Shown: positions 10,801 through 21,038 of the stretch, piece by piece | How the letters are laid out: the number at the start of each line of letters is the position of its first letter | How positions within the stretch are numbered: the stretch's first letter is position 1 | NCBI GenBank assembly: GCA_963716255.1 | Contig: OY970303.1 | Location: forward strand, 8,192,001-8,256,000 | DNA: 64,000 nucleotides | Source of the DNA: an uncultured Gemmatimonadales bacterium | GTDB taxonomy: Bacteria; Gemmatimonadota; Gemmatimonadetes; Longimicrobiales; Longimicrobiaceae | Direction of reading: 5' to 3' | Position numbers and translations under genes: made by a program | Notes under the pieces: generated by a model | What the model was told of the DNA's origin: nothing | What the model saw: only the letters and a program-made list of their open reading frames with translations | The model's database searches: none

Positions 10801-10981
10801 CGTTGGCCGTGTTGGTGAGCGTCACCCGCGCGTTCGCGACGCCTTCGCCCTGCTGGGTCGTGACCCGTCCGCTGACCGCGGAAGTGGTCACACCCTGCGC
10901 GCGCGCAGCGCCCGGCAACGCGAGGCCGAGCAGCAGAGCCCACAGGACGAGGGCCGCGTTCCGCACACGTCGTTTGATCAT
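7820..10981 (-). CDS. TonB-dependent receptor (Oar-like) with carboxypeptidase-regulatory-like N-domain
   Basis: Signal peptide, IDGTASNDLFGL, APFDVRQNGFTGASINAVTRSGTN, C-terminal QLGLRYTF. Confidence 0.92.
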   Translation of the reverse strand: MIKRRVRNAALVLWALLLGLALPGAARAQGVTTSAVSGRVTTQQGEGVANARVTLTNTANGSQSSVGTRGDGRYLLPGLQPGTYRIQVTALGYGAQTRNQVVLSLGQTANFDFTVAQEALALEGLTVVAENEGAVISRGRTGASTVLSDSTLRRAPTITRDLQDFTRLVPQMAITNSTTGAVSAGGRNNRFNQLQIDGTASNDLFGLSASGSPGGQAGAKTITLEAIQELQVVLAPFDVRQNGFTGASINAVTRSGTNRFQGSLSGFGRDERFAGRYTTRGDTASSELVEFQSREIAGSFGGPIIKDRAFFFLAGESSRRTDPTNYVAGTNPNEGITVAQATQVSDRLQTLGYDPGGIDDRDIGRESINLFGRLDFNMGQNHRLTLRHNYIDGYRENFGRSASSFILGNAGYQQDNTTNSSVLQLNSGFGSGIFNELRLGYNRVRDQRSTPGDRFPFVRVDYGTRSVVGGTENSSVANELDQDAFEITNDLTIPWRAHTFTVGTSNEFAQFSNLFAQNLYGNYRFASYADFVAGRPLQYDFRYLVPDVDPTTPGNQPGKPRAEFSYRRYSLYAQDRWDVRDNLQVTFGLRYELPTFPEDPVENPLVFSTYGRHTSEVPASNGLWNPRLGFNWDVTGDAATQIRGGVGMFSGRAPFVWISNAYGNTGLEYVTFTCQAAQGVPTFVADPDNQPRNCTGTTTAAPNNINLVDPELELPQVARYSLAIDRQLPMGLVGTLEGLYTKTVNDLLYKNLRIEAVPGAAQVEGRTLYRNRTTPGLGQAIDVTNTDEGSTYSLTGQVQRPFRNNWDFSLAYTYSRAEDKGPLNNSTANSNWSFNLHRDDPNNPELTLSDNDVPHRIVGTTSYRLNLLGRLSTDLSLVYVGQSGKPYSFRYNGDINGDGSTGNDLVYVPASQAEINFASSATVTPLQSWNSLDAFIEDTECLREARGRVIQRNSCREPWSNRFDFRLAQNISALRGQNAQITVDILNFGNLLNREWGRSEFQNNQAFNLLTPSGTAVVNGHRTYGAFTTPADPFTISNLDSRYQIQLGLRYTF

Positions 10982-11207
10982 GTGTTTCTCGGTTGAGGAA
11001 GTAGCTGGGGAGATCCCGGGTCCCCTCGGGCGCGTTCAGGATAGCGCCCCCGGGCACCGCGGGACAGGCGGGAATGTAACACGTGGGCAACGATGGGAAA
11101 AGGAGAAAAAGCGCACCCTGGACGGGCGTCCACGAAAACGCGTTCGGGGCCGCCCCGGATCGCCCGGAGCGGCCCCGAAGGGACGCGATCGCGCCGCCCG
11201 CGCCGTC

Positions 11208-12596
11208 CTACCGCGTCATCAGGAACTGGAGGACGTCGGAGCGCGTGACGATCCCCGCCACGCCGGCCCCGTCGCGCACCAGCACCGCGGGGGTCTGGCG
11301 GGAAAGCATCTTGGACACCGAGTCCACCGGCTGGGAAGCGTCGATGGTCGGGAACGCCTCGTCCATCACCTCGCCCACCGTGGCGTCCAGGAAGCGGCTG
11401 CTTTCCAGGCCGCGGGTGACCAGGTCGTACTCGGTGACGCTCCCCACGCACTCCGCCCCGTCCATCACCGGGAGCTGCGACACGTCGTGCAGCTTCATCA
11501 GCCCCAGCGCCTGCCGCACCAGCGCCCCGGGGGTGGTGCCGATCACCGCCGCCGGGGCCTCGCTGCGGCGCTCCAGCAGCATGCCGATGCTGACGCGGTC
11601 CGCCTCCAGCAGCTGGTTCTCGCGCATCCACTCGTCGTTGTACAGCTTGGACAGGTAGCGCTCGCCGGTGTCGCACAGAAAGGTCACCACGCAGGCGCCG
11701 GGGTCGTCCAGCTGCCGGGCCAGGTTCAGCGCGGCGTGGGTGATGAGCCCCGCCGAGCCGCCCACGAACAGCCCCTCCTCGCGCGTCAGGCGCCTCGCCA
11801 CCGCGAAGGCGTCGCGGTCGCTCACGGTGACGAACTCGTCGACCACGCTCATGTCCAGCGTCCCCGGCACCTTGTCCTGCCCGATCCCCTCCACCTTGTA
11901 CGGCGCCCCCTCCACCTTCGCCTTCCCCCCGGAGCGCCAGGTCTCGGCCAGGATGGAGCCCTGCGGGTCCGCGGCGACGATCTTGACGGCGGGGTTCCTT
12001 TCCTTGAGGTAGCGCCCCACGCCGGTGATCGTCCCGCCCGTCCCCGCCGCCGCGACGAAGTGGGTGATGCGCCCCTCCGTCTGCTCCCACAGCTCCGGGC
12101 CGGTGGTGGCGTAGTGCGCCGCCGGGTTGGCCTGGTTGTAAAACTGGTCGGCGAGCACCGCGCCCGGCGTCTCCTCCGCGATGCGCTTGGCCATCATCAC
12201 GTAGTTGTCGGGGTGGTCGTGCGCCACCGCGGTGGGGGTGATGATGACCTCCGCCCCGAACGCCTTGAGGAGCCGGACCTTTTCCTGGCTCATCTTGTCG
12301 GGCATGGTGAAGATGCACCGGTAGCCGCGGATCGCCGCGGCGATCGCCAGCCCCACCCCCGTGTTCCCGCTCGTCCCCTCCACGATGGTCCCGCCGGGCC
12401 GGAGGGCGCCGCTCCGCTCCGCGGCCTCGATGATCGGCAGGCCGATGCGGTCCTTGACGCTCCCGCCCGGGTTGAAGAAATCGGCCTTGCCGAACACGGG
12501 CGTGCGGATCCCGCGCGTGATCCGCGTCAGGCGGATGAGCGGGGTCCACCCGATGGTCTGCAGGACGTCGTCGTACGGCTTCTCGTGACGGGACAT
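11208..12596 (-). CDS. cbs: Cystathionine beta-synthase / PLP cysteine synthase family with C-terminal CBS domains
   Basis: NPGGSVKDRI (PLP Lys), EGTSGNTG, GTGGTITG, CDTGERYLSK, paired CBS repeats. Confidence 0.9.
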   Translation of the reverse strand: MSRHEKPYDDVLQTIGWTPLIRLTRITRGIRTPVFGKADFFNPGGSVKDRIGLPIIEAAERSGALRPGGTIVEGTSGNTGVGLAIAAAIRGYRCIFTMPDKMSQEKVRLLKAFGAEVIITPTAVAHDHPDNYVMMAKRIAEETPGAVLADQFYNQANPAAHYATTGPELWEQTEGRITHFVAAAGTGGTITGVGRYLKERNPAVKIVAADPQGSILAETWRSGGKAKVEGAPYKVEGIGQDKVPGTLDMSVVDEFVTVSDRDAFAVARRLTREEGLFVGGSAGLITHAALNLARQLDDPGACVVTFLCDTGERYLSKLYNDEWMRENQLLEADRVSIGMLLERRSEAPAAVIGTTPGALVRQALGLMKLHDVSQLPVMDGAECVGSVTEYDLVTRGLESSRFLDATVGEVMDEAFPTIDASQPVDSVSKMLSRQTPAVLVRDGAGVAGIVTRSDVLQFLMTR

Positions 12597-12628
12597 GTGG
12601 GGTCGGATCCGGGATCGGGAAAGGGGCC

Positions 12629-13012
12629 TCAGAGCGAATCGGGGCGCGCCGCGCCTTCGGTGTTCATGCGGAACTGCACCGGGAGGAGCACCCAGGCTCC
12701 CACCGGCTCGGGGCCGCGCCGGGCCGGCTCGAAGCGCAGCTCGCGCGCCCCGTCCACCGCCGCCTGGTCGAAGGCGGCCTGGCCGCTGGCGCGCTCCACA
12801 CGGGTGGAGTCCACCGTCCCCGCGGGGGTGACGAAGAGCCGCAGCACGGTCTCCCCCTCCACCCCCGCGTCCCACAGCTCCTCGGGGTACTGGAAGCTGG
12901 AGGCGGAGAGCTGCCGCGGCGGCGTTTCCACCACGGGCTCCGGCTCGCACCCCGCCGCGAGGGGGAGCGCGACCAGGAGCGCCAGGCGGACGAGGGGGCG
13001 AATGGGCTTCAT
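12629..13012 (-). CDS. TonB C-terminal domain lipoprotein
   Basis: Lipobox AAGC, YPEELWDAGVEG, FDQAA, FEPAR, LPVQF. Confidence 0.85.
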   Translation of the reverse strand: MKPIRPLVRLALLVALPLAAGCEPEPVVETPPRQLSASSFQYPEELWDAGVEGETVLRLFVTPAGTVDSTRVERASGQAAFDQAAVDGARELRFEPARRGPEPVGAWVLLPVQFRMNTEGAARPDSL

Positions 13013-13029
13013 GGCATCCGTCGCGGGGC

Positions 13030-15627
13030 TCAGCGCCTCGCGGTCTCGACCAGCTCGGCCAGGAGCACCAGCGCCTGGATCGGGGTCAGGTTGTGCACGT
13101 CCGCCGTGCGCAGCCGCATCAGCGCGGGGTGCGGCGGGGGTTCGAAGAGCGCCAGCTGCAGCTCCGGGGCGGGCGCGGCGCGCGGAAGCCTGCCGCCGGC
13201 GGGCTGCGCCGGGGGCGCCGCCCCCTCCAGCTCGGCCAGCACCTCGCGCGCCCGCTCCACCACCTCGCGCGGGAGCCCCGCCAGGCGCGCCACCTCCACG
13301 CCGTAGGAGCGGTCCGCGCCGCCGGGGAGGAGCCGGCGCAGGAAGACGATCTCCTCGCCGCACTCGCGCACCGCCACGTTGAAGTTTACCACCCCGGCGA
13401 GGCGTTCGGAAAGCCGGGTCAGCTCGTGGTAGTGCGTGGCGAAGATGGTCTTCGCGCCCACGCGGTCGTGCAGGTGCTCGGTGGTGGCCGTGGCCACGGA
13501 AAGCCCGTCCCAGGTGCTGGTACCGCGCCCGATCTCGTCCAGCAGCACCAGCGAGCGCTCCGTGGCGCCGTGCAGGATGGCGGCCGTCTCGCTCATCTCC
13601 ACCATGAAGGTGGACTGCCCGCGCACCAGGTTGTCCGATGCGCCCACGCGTGTGAAGATGCGGTCCACGATCCCCACCCGCGCCGACTTCGCCGGGACGA
13701 ACGACCCCACCTGCGCCAGCAGCGCGATGAGCCCCACCTGCCGCAGCACGGTGCTCTTGCCCGCCATGTTGGGGCCGGTGAGCACCATGACCCGCGCCCC
13801 GGCGTCCAAGCGCACGTCGTTGGGGATGAACTCGGCGCGCGGCATCATGGTCTCCACCACCGGGTGCCGCCCGCCCTCGATCTCCAGCGCGTACCCCTCG
13901 TCCACCTCCGGGCGGACGTACTCCCGCCGGACCGCCACCTCCGCCAGCCCCGCCAGCACGTCCAGCGCCGCCACCCGCTCCGCCGTGGCCTGGATGCGGG
14001 CCGTTGCCGCCGCCACAAAGGCGCGCAATTCCGTGAACAGGCGCAGCTCCAGCGCGGCGATGCGCTCCTCCGCCCCGAGCACCTTCTCCTCCCACTCCTT
14101 GAGCTCGGGGGTGAAGTAGCGCTCCGCGTTGGCGAGCGTCTGCTTGCGGTGGTAGTCGCCGGGGACGCGGTCCACGTTGGCGCGGGTGACCTCCAGGTAG
14201 TAGCCGAACACCTGGTTGAAGCCCACCTTGAGCGACGCGATCCCGGTGCGCTCCCGCTCGCGCGCCTGCATCCGCGCGATCCACTCCACCGCCCCGTCGC
14301 GCGCCGCCCGCAGCTCGTCCAGCTCCGCGTCGTACCCCTCGCGGATGTATCCGGGGTCGGCCACCGAGGCCGGCGCCTCCGGGTGCACCGCCCGCGCCAC
14401 CGCCTCGCACACGTCCCCCAGGGGGTCGGTCCCGTCGCGCAGCTCGGCCAGCAGCGCGCTCCCGGTCCCCGCCAGCGCGTCGCGCACCGCCGGGAGGCGC
14501 CCCAGCGAGGCGGCCAGCGCGAGCATCTCGCGCGGCGCCACCCGCCCGGTCGCCACCTTGGCGGCCAGGCGCTCCAGGTCGCGGATCTCCCCCAGCGCCG
14601 TCCGCATCGCTGCGCGCCGCTCCCCCTCCTCCACCAGCTCGCCCACCGCGTCCAGCCGGGCGCGGATGGGCTCCGGCTTCACCAGCGGCGACACGATCCA
14701 GCGGCGCAGCAGGCGCCCGCCCATGGGCGTCTGCGCCTCGTCCATCACCCGCAGCAGCGTCCCCTCCGTCCCGGTGCCGCGCAGCGTTTCCAGGATCTCC
14801 AGGTTGCGGCGGGTCATCTCGTCCAGCGCCATGACGTCGCCCGCGCGCTCCACACGCGGCGGGCGGAGGTGGTCGCAGCCGCCCGGCTGCGCCTCGCCCA
14901 GGTACGCCAGCAGCGCCCCGCACGCCCCTACCAGGTCCCCGTCCTCCCGCCCCAGCCCGAAGCCGTCCAGTCCCAGCACCCGGAAGCGCCGCGTGAGCTC
15001 GTCGCGCCCCGTTTCCGCGTCGAAGAGCCAGTCGCCGCGGAAGGTGCGGGTCACCCCCTCCGCCCCCGGAACGGGAAAGATCTCCCACGAGCGCGGCAGC
15101 AGCACCTCCGACGGCGCGATGCGCCCCAGCTCCGCCGCGACCTCCGCCCACGCGATGCGCCGCAGGATCACCTCGCCGGTGGACAGGTCCGCGCACGCCA
15201 GCCCCAGCGTGTCGCCGGTCTGCGGCTCGCCCGCGAGCGCTACCAGGAAGTTGTTGCGCCGGGCGTCCAGGAGCGCGTCCGAGAAGAGCGCGCCGGGCGT
15301 GACCATCTCCGTCACCGCGCGCTTGACGATCCCCTTGGCCTCGCGGGGGTCCTCCACCTGCTCGCAGATGGCGACGCGGCGCCCCTGCTGAACCAGGCGC
15401 TGCAGGTAGTTGTTGAGGGCGTGCACGGGGACCCCGGCCAGGGGGGCGCGGGAGCCGCCGTTGTTGCGCGAGGTGAGGGTGATGTCCAGCAGGCGCGAGC
15501 CTTCCTCCGCGTCCTCGTTGAACATCTCGTAGAAGTCCCCCACGCGCATGAACACGATGGCGTCGGGGTGGCGGTTCTTGACCTCCCGCCACTGCTGCAT
15601 CATGGGGGTCTCTGCGGCGGTGCTCAT
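13030..15627 (-). CDS. mutS: DNA mismatch repair protein MutS
   Basis: [48 protein letters not shown]. Confidence 0.97.
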   Translation of the reverse strand: MSTAAETPMMQQWREVKNRHPDAIVFMRVGDFYEMFNEDAEEGSRLLDITLTSRNNGGSRAPLAGVPVHALNNYLQRLVQQGRRVAICEQVEDPREAKGIVKRAVTEMVTPGALFSDALLDARRNNFLVALAGEPQTGDTLGLACADLSTGEVILRRIAWAEVAAELGRIAPSEVLLPRSWEIFPVPGAEGVTRTFRGDWLFDAETGRDELTRRFRVLGLDGFGLGREDGDLVGACGALLAYLGEAQPGGCDHLRPPRVERAGDVMALDEMTRRNLEILETLRGTGTEGTLLRVMDEAQTPMGGRLLRRWIVSPLVKPEPIRARLDAVGELVEEGERRAAMRTALGEIRDLERLAAKVATGRVAPREMLALAASLGRLPAVRDALAGTGSALLAELRDGTDPLGDVCEAVARAVHPEAPASVADPGYIREGYDAELDELRAARDGAVEWIARMQARERERTGIASLKVGFNQVFGYYLEVTRANVDRVPGDYHRKQTLANAERYFTPELKEWEEKVLGAEERIAALELRLFTELRAFVAAATARIQATAERVAALDVLAGLAEVAVRREYVRPEVDEGYALEIEGGRHPVVETMMPRAEFIPNDVRLDAGARVMVLTGPNMAGKSTVLRQVGLIALLAQVGSFVPAKSARVGIVDRIFTRVGASDNLVRGQSTFMVEMSETAAILHGATERSLVLLDEIGRGTSTWDGLSVATATTEHLHDRVGAKTIFATHYHELTRLSERLAGVVNFNVAVRECGEEIVFLRRLLPGGADRSYGVEVARLAGLPREVVERAREVLAELEGAAPPAQPAGGRLPRAAPAPELQLALFEPPPHPALMRLRTADVHNLTPIQALVLLAELVETARR

Positions 15628-15800
15628 CCGTCGCGGCGCGGGGCGGGTGCCGGACGGCTGCCGGGGGTGGTGCGAGGCATCACTAGCGGGGAGCGGGAGC
15701 GCTGCTTTCTGGACGGCGGAAGGTAGCCAGGGTGGTCGATGCGGGCAACTCCTTGGCGCTGTTCCTGGGTTCGTCTGTCAATGGAGTTAGGTGTGGCGGC

Positions 15801-15936
15801 GGGGCCGCTACGGAGCCCGGCCAAACTGCGGCCGGTCTCCTCCGCGGGCTCCGGGAGCCCCGGAAAACTGCCTCCGGGTCTCCCTGCGCCGGGGTGAGCC
15901 AGCCGAAACTGCCCGGCTGTCTCCCCCCGCAACGGA
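15801..15936 (-). repeat. Family A repeat copy 2
   Basis: Reverse complement gives three modules with stems AGCCG/CGGCT, CCGGA/TCCGG, CGGCC/GGCCG. Confidence 0.85.
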
Positions 15937-16302
15937 TTCGGGGGGTACTGCGGGAACGGCGACGGCAGGCCCCCTCCCCCCGGCCCCCTCCCCCGCAAGC
16001 GGGAGAGGGGGAGCACGGCATGGACGCCCGTTCGGCTGCCCTGCCTTGATGCCGGCGAGGGAGGGAGTGGGGGTGGTCGCAGGAACCAAAGCTGTCCGAG
16101 CGACAGCGAGTGCTCGCTCGCTACGCTCGCGAGGGAGACCAGCCTCACCCCCGACCGCCACGCACGGTGCCGGGCCGCCGCGCCGTCGGGCACGACTCTG
16201 GCACCCGCGACGACTCGCGGTCGGGAGATCGGGGCGCGGATGCGTCCCCATCTCCCGCTCCCCGTCATCTCCATCACCAGGAAAACCCGAGCGGCCGGAC
16301 GG

Positions 16303-18837
16303 ATGAAGTCAGGCAAGACGAAGAACACGGCGGACGGCGCGCGGCAGGCGGAGTTCGTGCGCGTGCGCGGGGCGCGGGAGCACAACCTCAAGAACGTGGA
16401 CCTCGACATCCCCCGCGACGCGCTGGTGGTGTTCACCGGCGTGTCGGGATCGGGAAAGTCTTCGCTCGCGTTCGGCACGCTGTACGCCGAGGCGCAGCGG
16501 CGCTACCTGGAGTCGGTGGCGCCGTACGCGCGGCGCCTCTTCCACCAGATGGGCATCCCCGACGTCGACGAGATCGACGGCATCCCGCCGGCGGTGGCCC
16601 TGCAGCAGCAGCGGGGGACGCCCACCACTCGGTCGTCGGTGGGGAGCGTGACCACGCTCTCCAACCTGCTGCGCATGCTGTATTCGCGCGCGGGGGACTA
16701 TCCTCCCGGCCAGTCCATCATCTACGCCGAGGCGTTCTCCCCCAACACCCCGCAGGGAGCCTGCCCCCGCTGCCACGGCCACGGCCGCGTCTACGAGGTC
16801 ACCGAGCGGTCCATGGTGCCCGACGACTCGCTGACCATCCGCGAGCGCGCCGTCGCCGCGTGGCCGCAGGCGTGGGGCGGGCAGAACCAGCGCGACATCC
16901 TCGTCACCCTCGGCTACGACGTGGACCGCCCCTGGCGCGACCTGCCGCAGGATGTCCGCGACTGGATCCTGTTCACCGACGAGCAGCCCGTCGTCTCCGT
17001 CTACCCCGGCCTCACGCCGGAGGAGACGCGGCGCGCGCTGGAGCGCAGGGAAGAGCCCAACTACATGGGCACCTTCAGCAGCGCGCGGCGGCACGTGATG
17101 CACACCTTCGCCAACACGCAGAGCGTGTCCATGCGGCGGCGGGTGATGCAGTACATGCTCAGCACCGACTGCCCGGAGTGCGGCGGCAGGCGACTGCGCC
17201 CGGAATCGCTGTCGGTGACGTTCGCGGGGATGGACATCACGGAGCTGTCGCGCCTGCCACTGTCGCGGGTGGCCACCCTCGTCCAGCCGTACGCGGACGG
17301 CACGGCGGCCGGATCGGCGGATGCGGAGCACCCGGAAAAGGCGCTGGTGGCGCATCGCATTGCCCAGGACCTGGCCGCGCGGCTGGCGACCCTGCTGGAC
17401 CTGGGGCTGGGCTACCTGTCCATCGAGCGCAGCACGCCCACGCTCTCCCCCGGCGAGCTGCAGCGGCTGCGACTGGCGACGCAGGTGCGCTCCAACCTGT
17501 TCGGCGTCGTGTACGTGCTCGACGAACCCTCCGCCGGCCTGCACCCGGCGGACACCGAGGCGCTGCTGCGCGCGCTGGACGGGCTGCTGGCCGCGGGGAA
17601 CTCGCTGTTCGTGGTGGAGCACGACATGGACGTGGTTCGCCACGCCCACTGGATCGTGGACGTGGGCCCCGCGGCGGGCGAGCAGGGCGGACGCGTGCTC
17701 TACAGCGGCCCCCCCGCCGGGCTCGCGGCGGTGGAAGAGTCCCAGACGCGGCGCCACCTCTTCGGCGAGGGGACGCCGCCCGCGCGGACGCCGCGCGAGC
17801 CCAGGGGATGGCTGGCGCTGGAGGGGGTCACCCGCAACAACCTCCACGAGCTGGACGTGCGGTTCCCGCTCGGCGTGTTCACCACGGTGAGCGGCGTTTC
17901 CGGCTCGGGGAAGTCCAGCCTGGTGAGCCAGGTGCTGGTGGAGTTGGTGGCGGCGCACCTGGGCCACGAGCTCCCCGCCGTGGAAGACGACGACGAGCCG
18001 GAGCACACAGCCGCGGTTCCCCCCGGCGGCCGCATCGCGGGGGGGATGGAGGGCATTCATCGCCTGGTGCGCGTGGACCAGAAGCCCATCGGGCGCACGC
18101 CGCGCTCCAACCTGGCCACCTACACGGGGCTGTTCGACCACGTCCGCCGCCTCTTCGCCGCCACGCCGGACGCCAGGAAGCGGCGCTACGACGCGGGCCG
18201 CTTCTCCTTCAACGTGGCCAAGGGGCGCTGCGAGACCTGCGAGGGCGAGGGGTTCGTGATGGTGGAGCTGCTCTTCCTCCCCAGCGTCTACGCGCCCTGC
18301 CCCACCTGCCACGGCGCGCGCTACGACGCGAAGACGCTGGAGATCCGCTTGCGCGGCCGCAACGTCGCCGAGGTGCTGGGGATGACGGTGGACGCCGCGT
18401 GGGAGTTCTTCGCCGGCGAGGACGCCGTGCGCCGCTCGCTGCACGTGCTGCGCGAGGTGGGGCTGGGATACCTGCGGCTGGGGCAGCCCGCCACGGAGCT
18501 GTCCGGCGGCGAGGCGCAGCGGATCAAGCTGGCCACCGAGCTGCAGCGCGCGCAGCGCGGCCACTCGCTGTACGTGCTGGACGAGCCCACCACCGGCCTT
18601 CACCCCTCCGACGTGGAAAAGCTGGTGGCGCAGCTGCACGGGCTGGTGGAGGCCGGCAACACGGTCGTGGTGGTGGAGCACGACATGCGCGTGGTGGCCG
18701 GCAGCGACTGGGTGATCGACATCGGCCCCGGCGCCGGCGAGGAGGGCGGGCGCGTGGTCGCCGCCGGCCCGCCCGCCGTGGTGGCTTGCGCCGCGAGGAG
18801 CCGCACGGCGCCCTACCTGGCGCGGGTGCTGGGGTGA
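16303..18837 (+). CDS. UvrA-like ABC ATPase (short class II / DrrC-like paralog)
   Basis: [10 protein letters not shown], two Walker [18 protein letters not shown] and LSGGEAQR signatures, Zn-finger CxxC pairs; about 845 aa. Confidence 0.9.
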   Translation: MKSGKTKNTADGARQAEFVRVRGAREHNLKNVDLDIPRDALVVFTGVSGSGKSSLAFGTLYAEAQRRYLESVAPYARRLFHQMGIPDVDEIDGIPPAVALQQQRGTPTTRSSVGSVTTLSNLLRMLYSRAGDYPPGQSIIYAEAFSPNTPQGACPRCHGHGRVYEVTERSMVPDDSLTIRERAVAAWPQAWGGQNQRDILVTLGYDVDRPWRDLPQDVRDWILFTDEQPVVSVYPGLTPEETRRALERREEPNYMGTFSSARRHVMHTFANTQSVSMRRRVMQYMLSTDCPECGGRRLRPESLSVTFAGMDITELSRLPLSRVATLVQPYADGTAAGSADAEHPEKALVAHRIAQDLAARLATLLDLGLGYLSIERSTPTLSPGELQRLRLATQVRSNLFGVVYVLDEPSAGLHPADTEALLRALDGLLAAGNSLFVVEHDMDVVRHAHWIVDVGPAAGEQGGRVLYSGPPAGLAAVEESQTRRHLFGEGTPPARTPREPRGWLALEGVTRNNLHELDVRFPLGVFTTVSGVSGSGKSSLVSQVLVELVAAHLGHELPAVEDDDEPEHTAAVPPGGRIAGGMEGIHRLVRVDQKPIGRTPRSNLATYTGLFDHVRRLFAATPDARKRRYDAGRFSFNVAKGRCETCEGEGFVMVELLFLPSVYAPCPTCHGARYDAKTLEIRLRGRNVAEVLGMTVDAAWEFFAGEDAVRRSLHVLREVGLGYLRLGQPATELSGGEAQRIKLATELQRAQRGHSLYVLDEPTTGLHPSDVEKLVAQLHGLVEAGNTVVVVEHDMRVVAGSDWVIDIGPGAGEEGGRVVAAGPPAVVACAARSRTAPYLARVLG

Positions 18838-18839
18838 GG
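18747..18839 (+). repeat. 93-bp direct repeat, left copy (3' end of uvrA-like gene)
   Basis: Matches 21926-22018 with 4 mismatches. Confidence 0.95.
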
Positions 18840-18998
18840 GACAAAGAGGAGTAGAACCGACAAGATTAGTGCGTGGGTCAAGTACGCACTCCGTAGGCAC
18901 ATCGGCAAAGATGGCACGCAACTTAGAAGGGATTCGCACCCGGTCGCAACAGGCCTGCGTGTGGCTCTTACGCACGTCGCGTATCACCGCTATCGTTA

Positions 18999-19019
18999 TC
19001 TCACGTATATCACGTGAGA
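18999..19019. promoter_or_regulatory. Putative operator palindrome TCTCACGT-N5-ACGTGAGA
   Basis: Perfect 8-bp inverted repeat ending about 15 bp before the 19034 ATG. Confidence 0.55.
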
Positions 19020-19033
19020 AAGGTGACCGAAAA

Positions 19034-19606
19034 ATGATTCGTGAGTTGGTAACGGAGTTAATGGACAACGAGGATGTTCTCTTTGGTGTCCCTATGGGTA
19101 GGCAATGCTTTGCGAAGCTCTTAGAGCGAACGATAGAGCCGAAGCAGCCTTCTGTCCTGCTCCTCGATTTCCAGGGAGTTGTTTCTGCGACCGTGAGCTT
19201 CCTGCGGGAAGGGCCCCTCGCCTTTCGACAGCATTTGCGAGGACAATCCTCAACTTTGTACCCGGTGTTTGCCAACTTGGCCTTGTCGGTCGCTGATTCG
19301 CTCGGGGACTACCTCACAGCGTCCCGTGACGCTGTCTTCATGTGTGAGTTTGCGAACGGCCGTCTGACGAACCCAAGGCTGATCGGTCAACTAGAACCGA
19401 AACAAAGACTGACCTTTGACGCAGTGGTGGCTGCTGAATCTGTGACAGCCGCAGAATTGGCTCGAGAGGCTGGTGACGAGGATGATGTGCGAGTTACGGC
19501 CTGGAACAATCGCCTTGCTGCCCTTGTGCAGAAGGGTCTGCTAATCGAAACGAGGGAAGGCCGCAGGAAGACGTTCAGAAGCATCTTTCCTAAGGAGATT
19601 ATCTGA
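19034..19606 (+). CDS. STAS-like domain + C-terminal winged-HTH protein
   Basis: LLLDFQGVVSATVSFLRE resembles the STAS core with conserved Ser; TAAELA...AWNNRLAALVQKGLLIETREGRRKTF resembles MarR-like wHTH; GAAAGG RBS. Confidence 0.65.
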   Translation: MIRELVTELMDNEDVLFGVPMGRQCFAKLLERTIEPKQPSVLLLDFQGVVSATVSFLREGPLAFRQHLRGQSSTLYPVFANLALSVADSLGDYLTASRDAVFMCEFANGRLTNPRLIGQLEPKQRLTFDAVVAAESVTAAELAREAGDEDDVRVTAWNNRLAALVQKGLLIETREGRRKTFRSIFPKEII

Positions 19607-19947
19607 TGGGTGTGGACTTTATCCGTGAACGCGCGCAGGGGTTCACCAGGAGTTGGGACCGACACCGGGTTGACCTCGCCACTCGTTCTCTGTTCACCCG
19701 CGACCCCGGGTGTCTTCCTCGCGCGGCTATTGCAACCACGTCGACCATGCGAACGATCCTTCCCGGTACTGTTCTGATCGTACGGTGGGAGCATGGGGGA
19801 TTGGTTGCATATGAAGAGCTTACACCCGTTGCACGATTTGTCGACCCTCCGCCGGAAGTTATCTCGTCAATCCGGGAGTGCGGAGGATGCGCCAAAGGAG
19901 AAGTGACTGTGGTTCACGACCCAAATCTGCTGGAGATCGCAATATGA
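19606..19947 (+). CDS. Hypothetical protein (113 aa), translationally coupled
   Basis: TGATG overlap upstream, ATGA overlap downstream. Confidence 0.75.
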   Translation: MGVDFIRERAQGFTRSWDRHRVDLATRSLFTRDPGCLPRAAIATTSTMRTILPGTVLIVRWEHGGLVAYEELTPVARFVDPPPEVISSIRECGGCAKGEVTVVHDPNLLEIAI

Positions 19948-21038
19948 TGAGAGAGAAGGCGCAGGTTCGCCGAACTTTGCGGGGGGCGCGCTTCTTTGAC
20001 GATCCCGCGGCTAATCCGTCTTGCCTCGGATGCTCCGCCTGTCCCGATCTCGCAACCTGTGGTGGACTCCACGTCCGCTCAGCGGCATTCGATTGCCTTG
20101 CATACTGTTGCAAGAAGCCACTGGAGTGCGACAATGTTTGCGTTCGCAACCCCAGCGCGTTCGTCGAACGGGTGCATGAGATCGAAGGCTTCTCGCTTGA
20201 CAATATTCCACGAGTAGCCGTCCAATCACAACCGGCGTTGCCCCGGACGGTGCCGCTGCTCTATCACGGCTCAAGCAGAAGTGAGCGATTTGCTTCCCCG
20301 GTTGTTGCACTTCCGCTGTTCGCCCTCATTAATCGGTCACAAGGCACAGTAAAATTTCCTTCACGGAGTGAACTGCTCGATACCTTCCGTATTTCCGACT
20401 CGTCTCGTATCGTGCTGTCCGGCACAGATACGGATGCGCCACTGGAGCGGTGGTGGGGATATGGGAGTAAGCGCATTATTGCGCTTGAGCACCTGATGCA
20501 CCTCGGTGTTGAAGTGATAACGAGCCCTAATTACAGCCTCTTCTCGGATGCACCCAGATGGACGGATATGCATTCGATGAAGCGGATTGCAATGACGTGG
20601 CAGGAGATCGCGAGTGTAGGCATCCGCAGTGCGCTTCATGTGAATGCACGAACGATGCGGGACTGGCGCCGTTGGCGTGATTTCATTGGTGAGCGTGAGG
20701 AGATCAACTGCTTGGCTTTCGAATTCGCCACCGGAGCTGCCGATCCGAAGCGCATGATTTGGCACACGGATCAGCTCTGTCGGCTGGCCGCGGAGGTACA
20801 ACGGCCAATTACGCTCTTTGTTCGCGGAGGAACAGCGGTACTGTCCCAATTGGAGGGGTTTTTTGATGGCGTCTGTTTGATCGATCCAAGGCCATTCATG
20901 AAGGCCATCCATCGCCAACGGGCCGTGAGACGTTCAGATGGTTCGATTGCATGGCGGAGTGCGGCTGGTACCAACTGGGCAGTAGAAGGACTTCTGGAGC
21001 ACAACTCTCTTGAGTTGGCGGCCTACTTTAGTGATTAA
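19944..21038 (+). CDS. DUF4417-like protein with N-terminal 9-Cys cluster
   Basis: ITSPNYSLFSDAPRWTDMHSMKRIAMTWQE resembles the DUF4417 PDFS-x-D-x-P motif; CLGCSACPDLATCGG...CLAYCCKKPLECDNVC. Confidence 0.6.
   Translation: MMREKAQVRRTLRGARFFDDPAANPSCLGCSACPDLATCGGLHVRSAAFDCLAYCCKKPLECDNVCVRNPSAFVERVHEIEGFSLDNIPRVAVQSQPALPRTVPLLYHGSSRSERFASPVVALPLFALINRSQGTVKFPSRSELLDTFRISDSSRIVLSGTDTDAPLERWWGYGSKRIIALEHLMHLGVEVITSPNYSLFSDAPRWTDMHSMKRIAMTWQEIASVGIRSALHVNARTMRDWRRWRDFIGEREEINCLAFEFATGAADPKRMIWHTDQLCRLAAEVQRPITLFVRGGTAVLSQLEGFFDGVCLIDPRPFMKAIHRQRAVRRSDGSIAWRSAAGTNWAVEGLLEHNSLELAAYFSD

Noticed and set aside
18869..19033. Longer N-terminus for the STAS-wHTH gene
   Set aside because: ATG at 19034 has an RBS, and the extension covers the palindrome/promoter region
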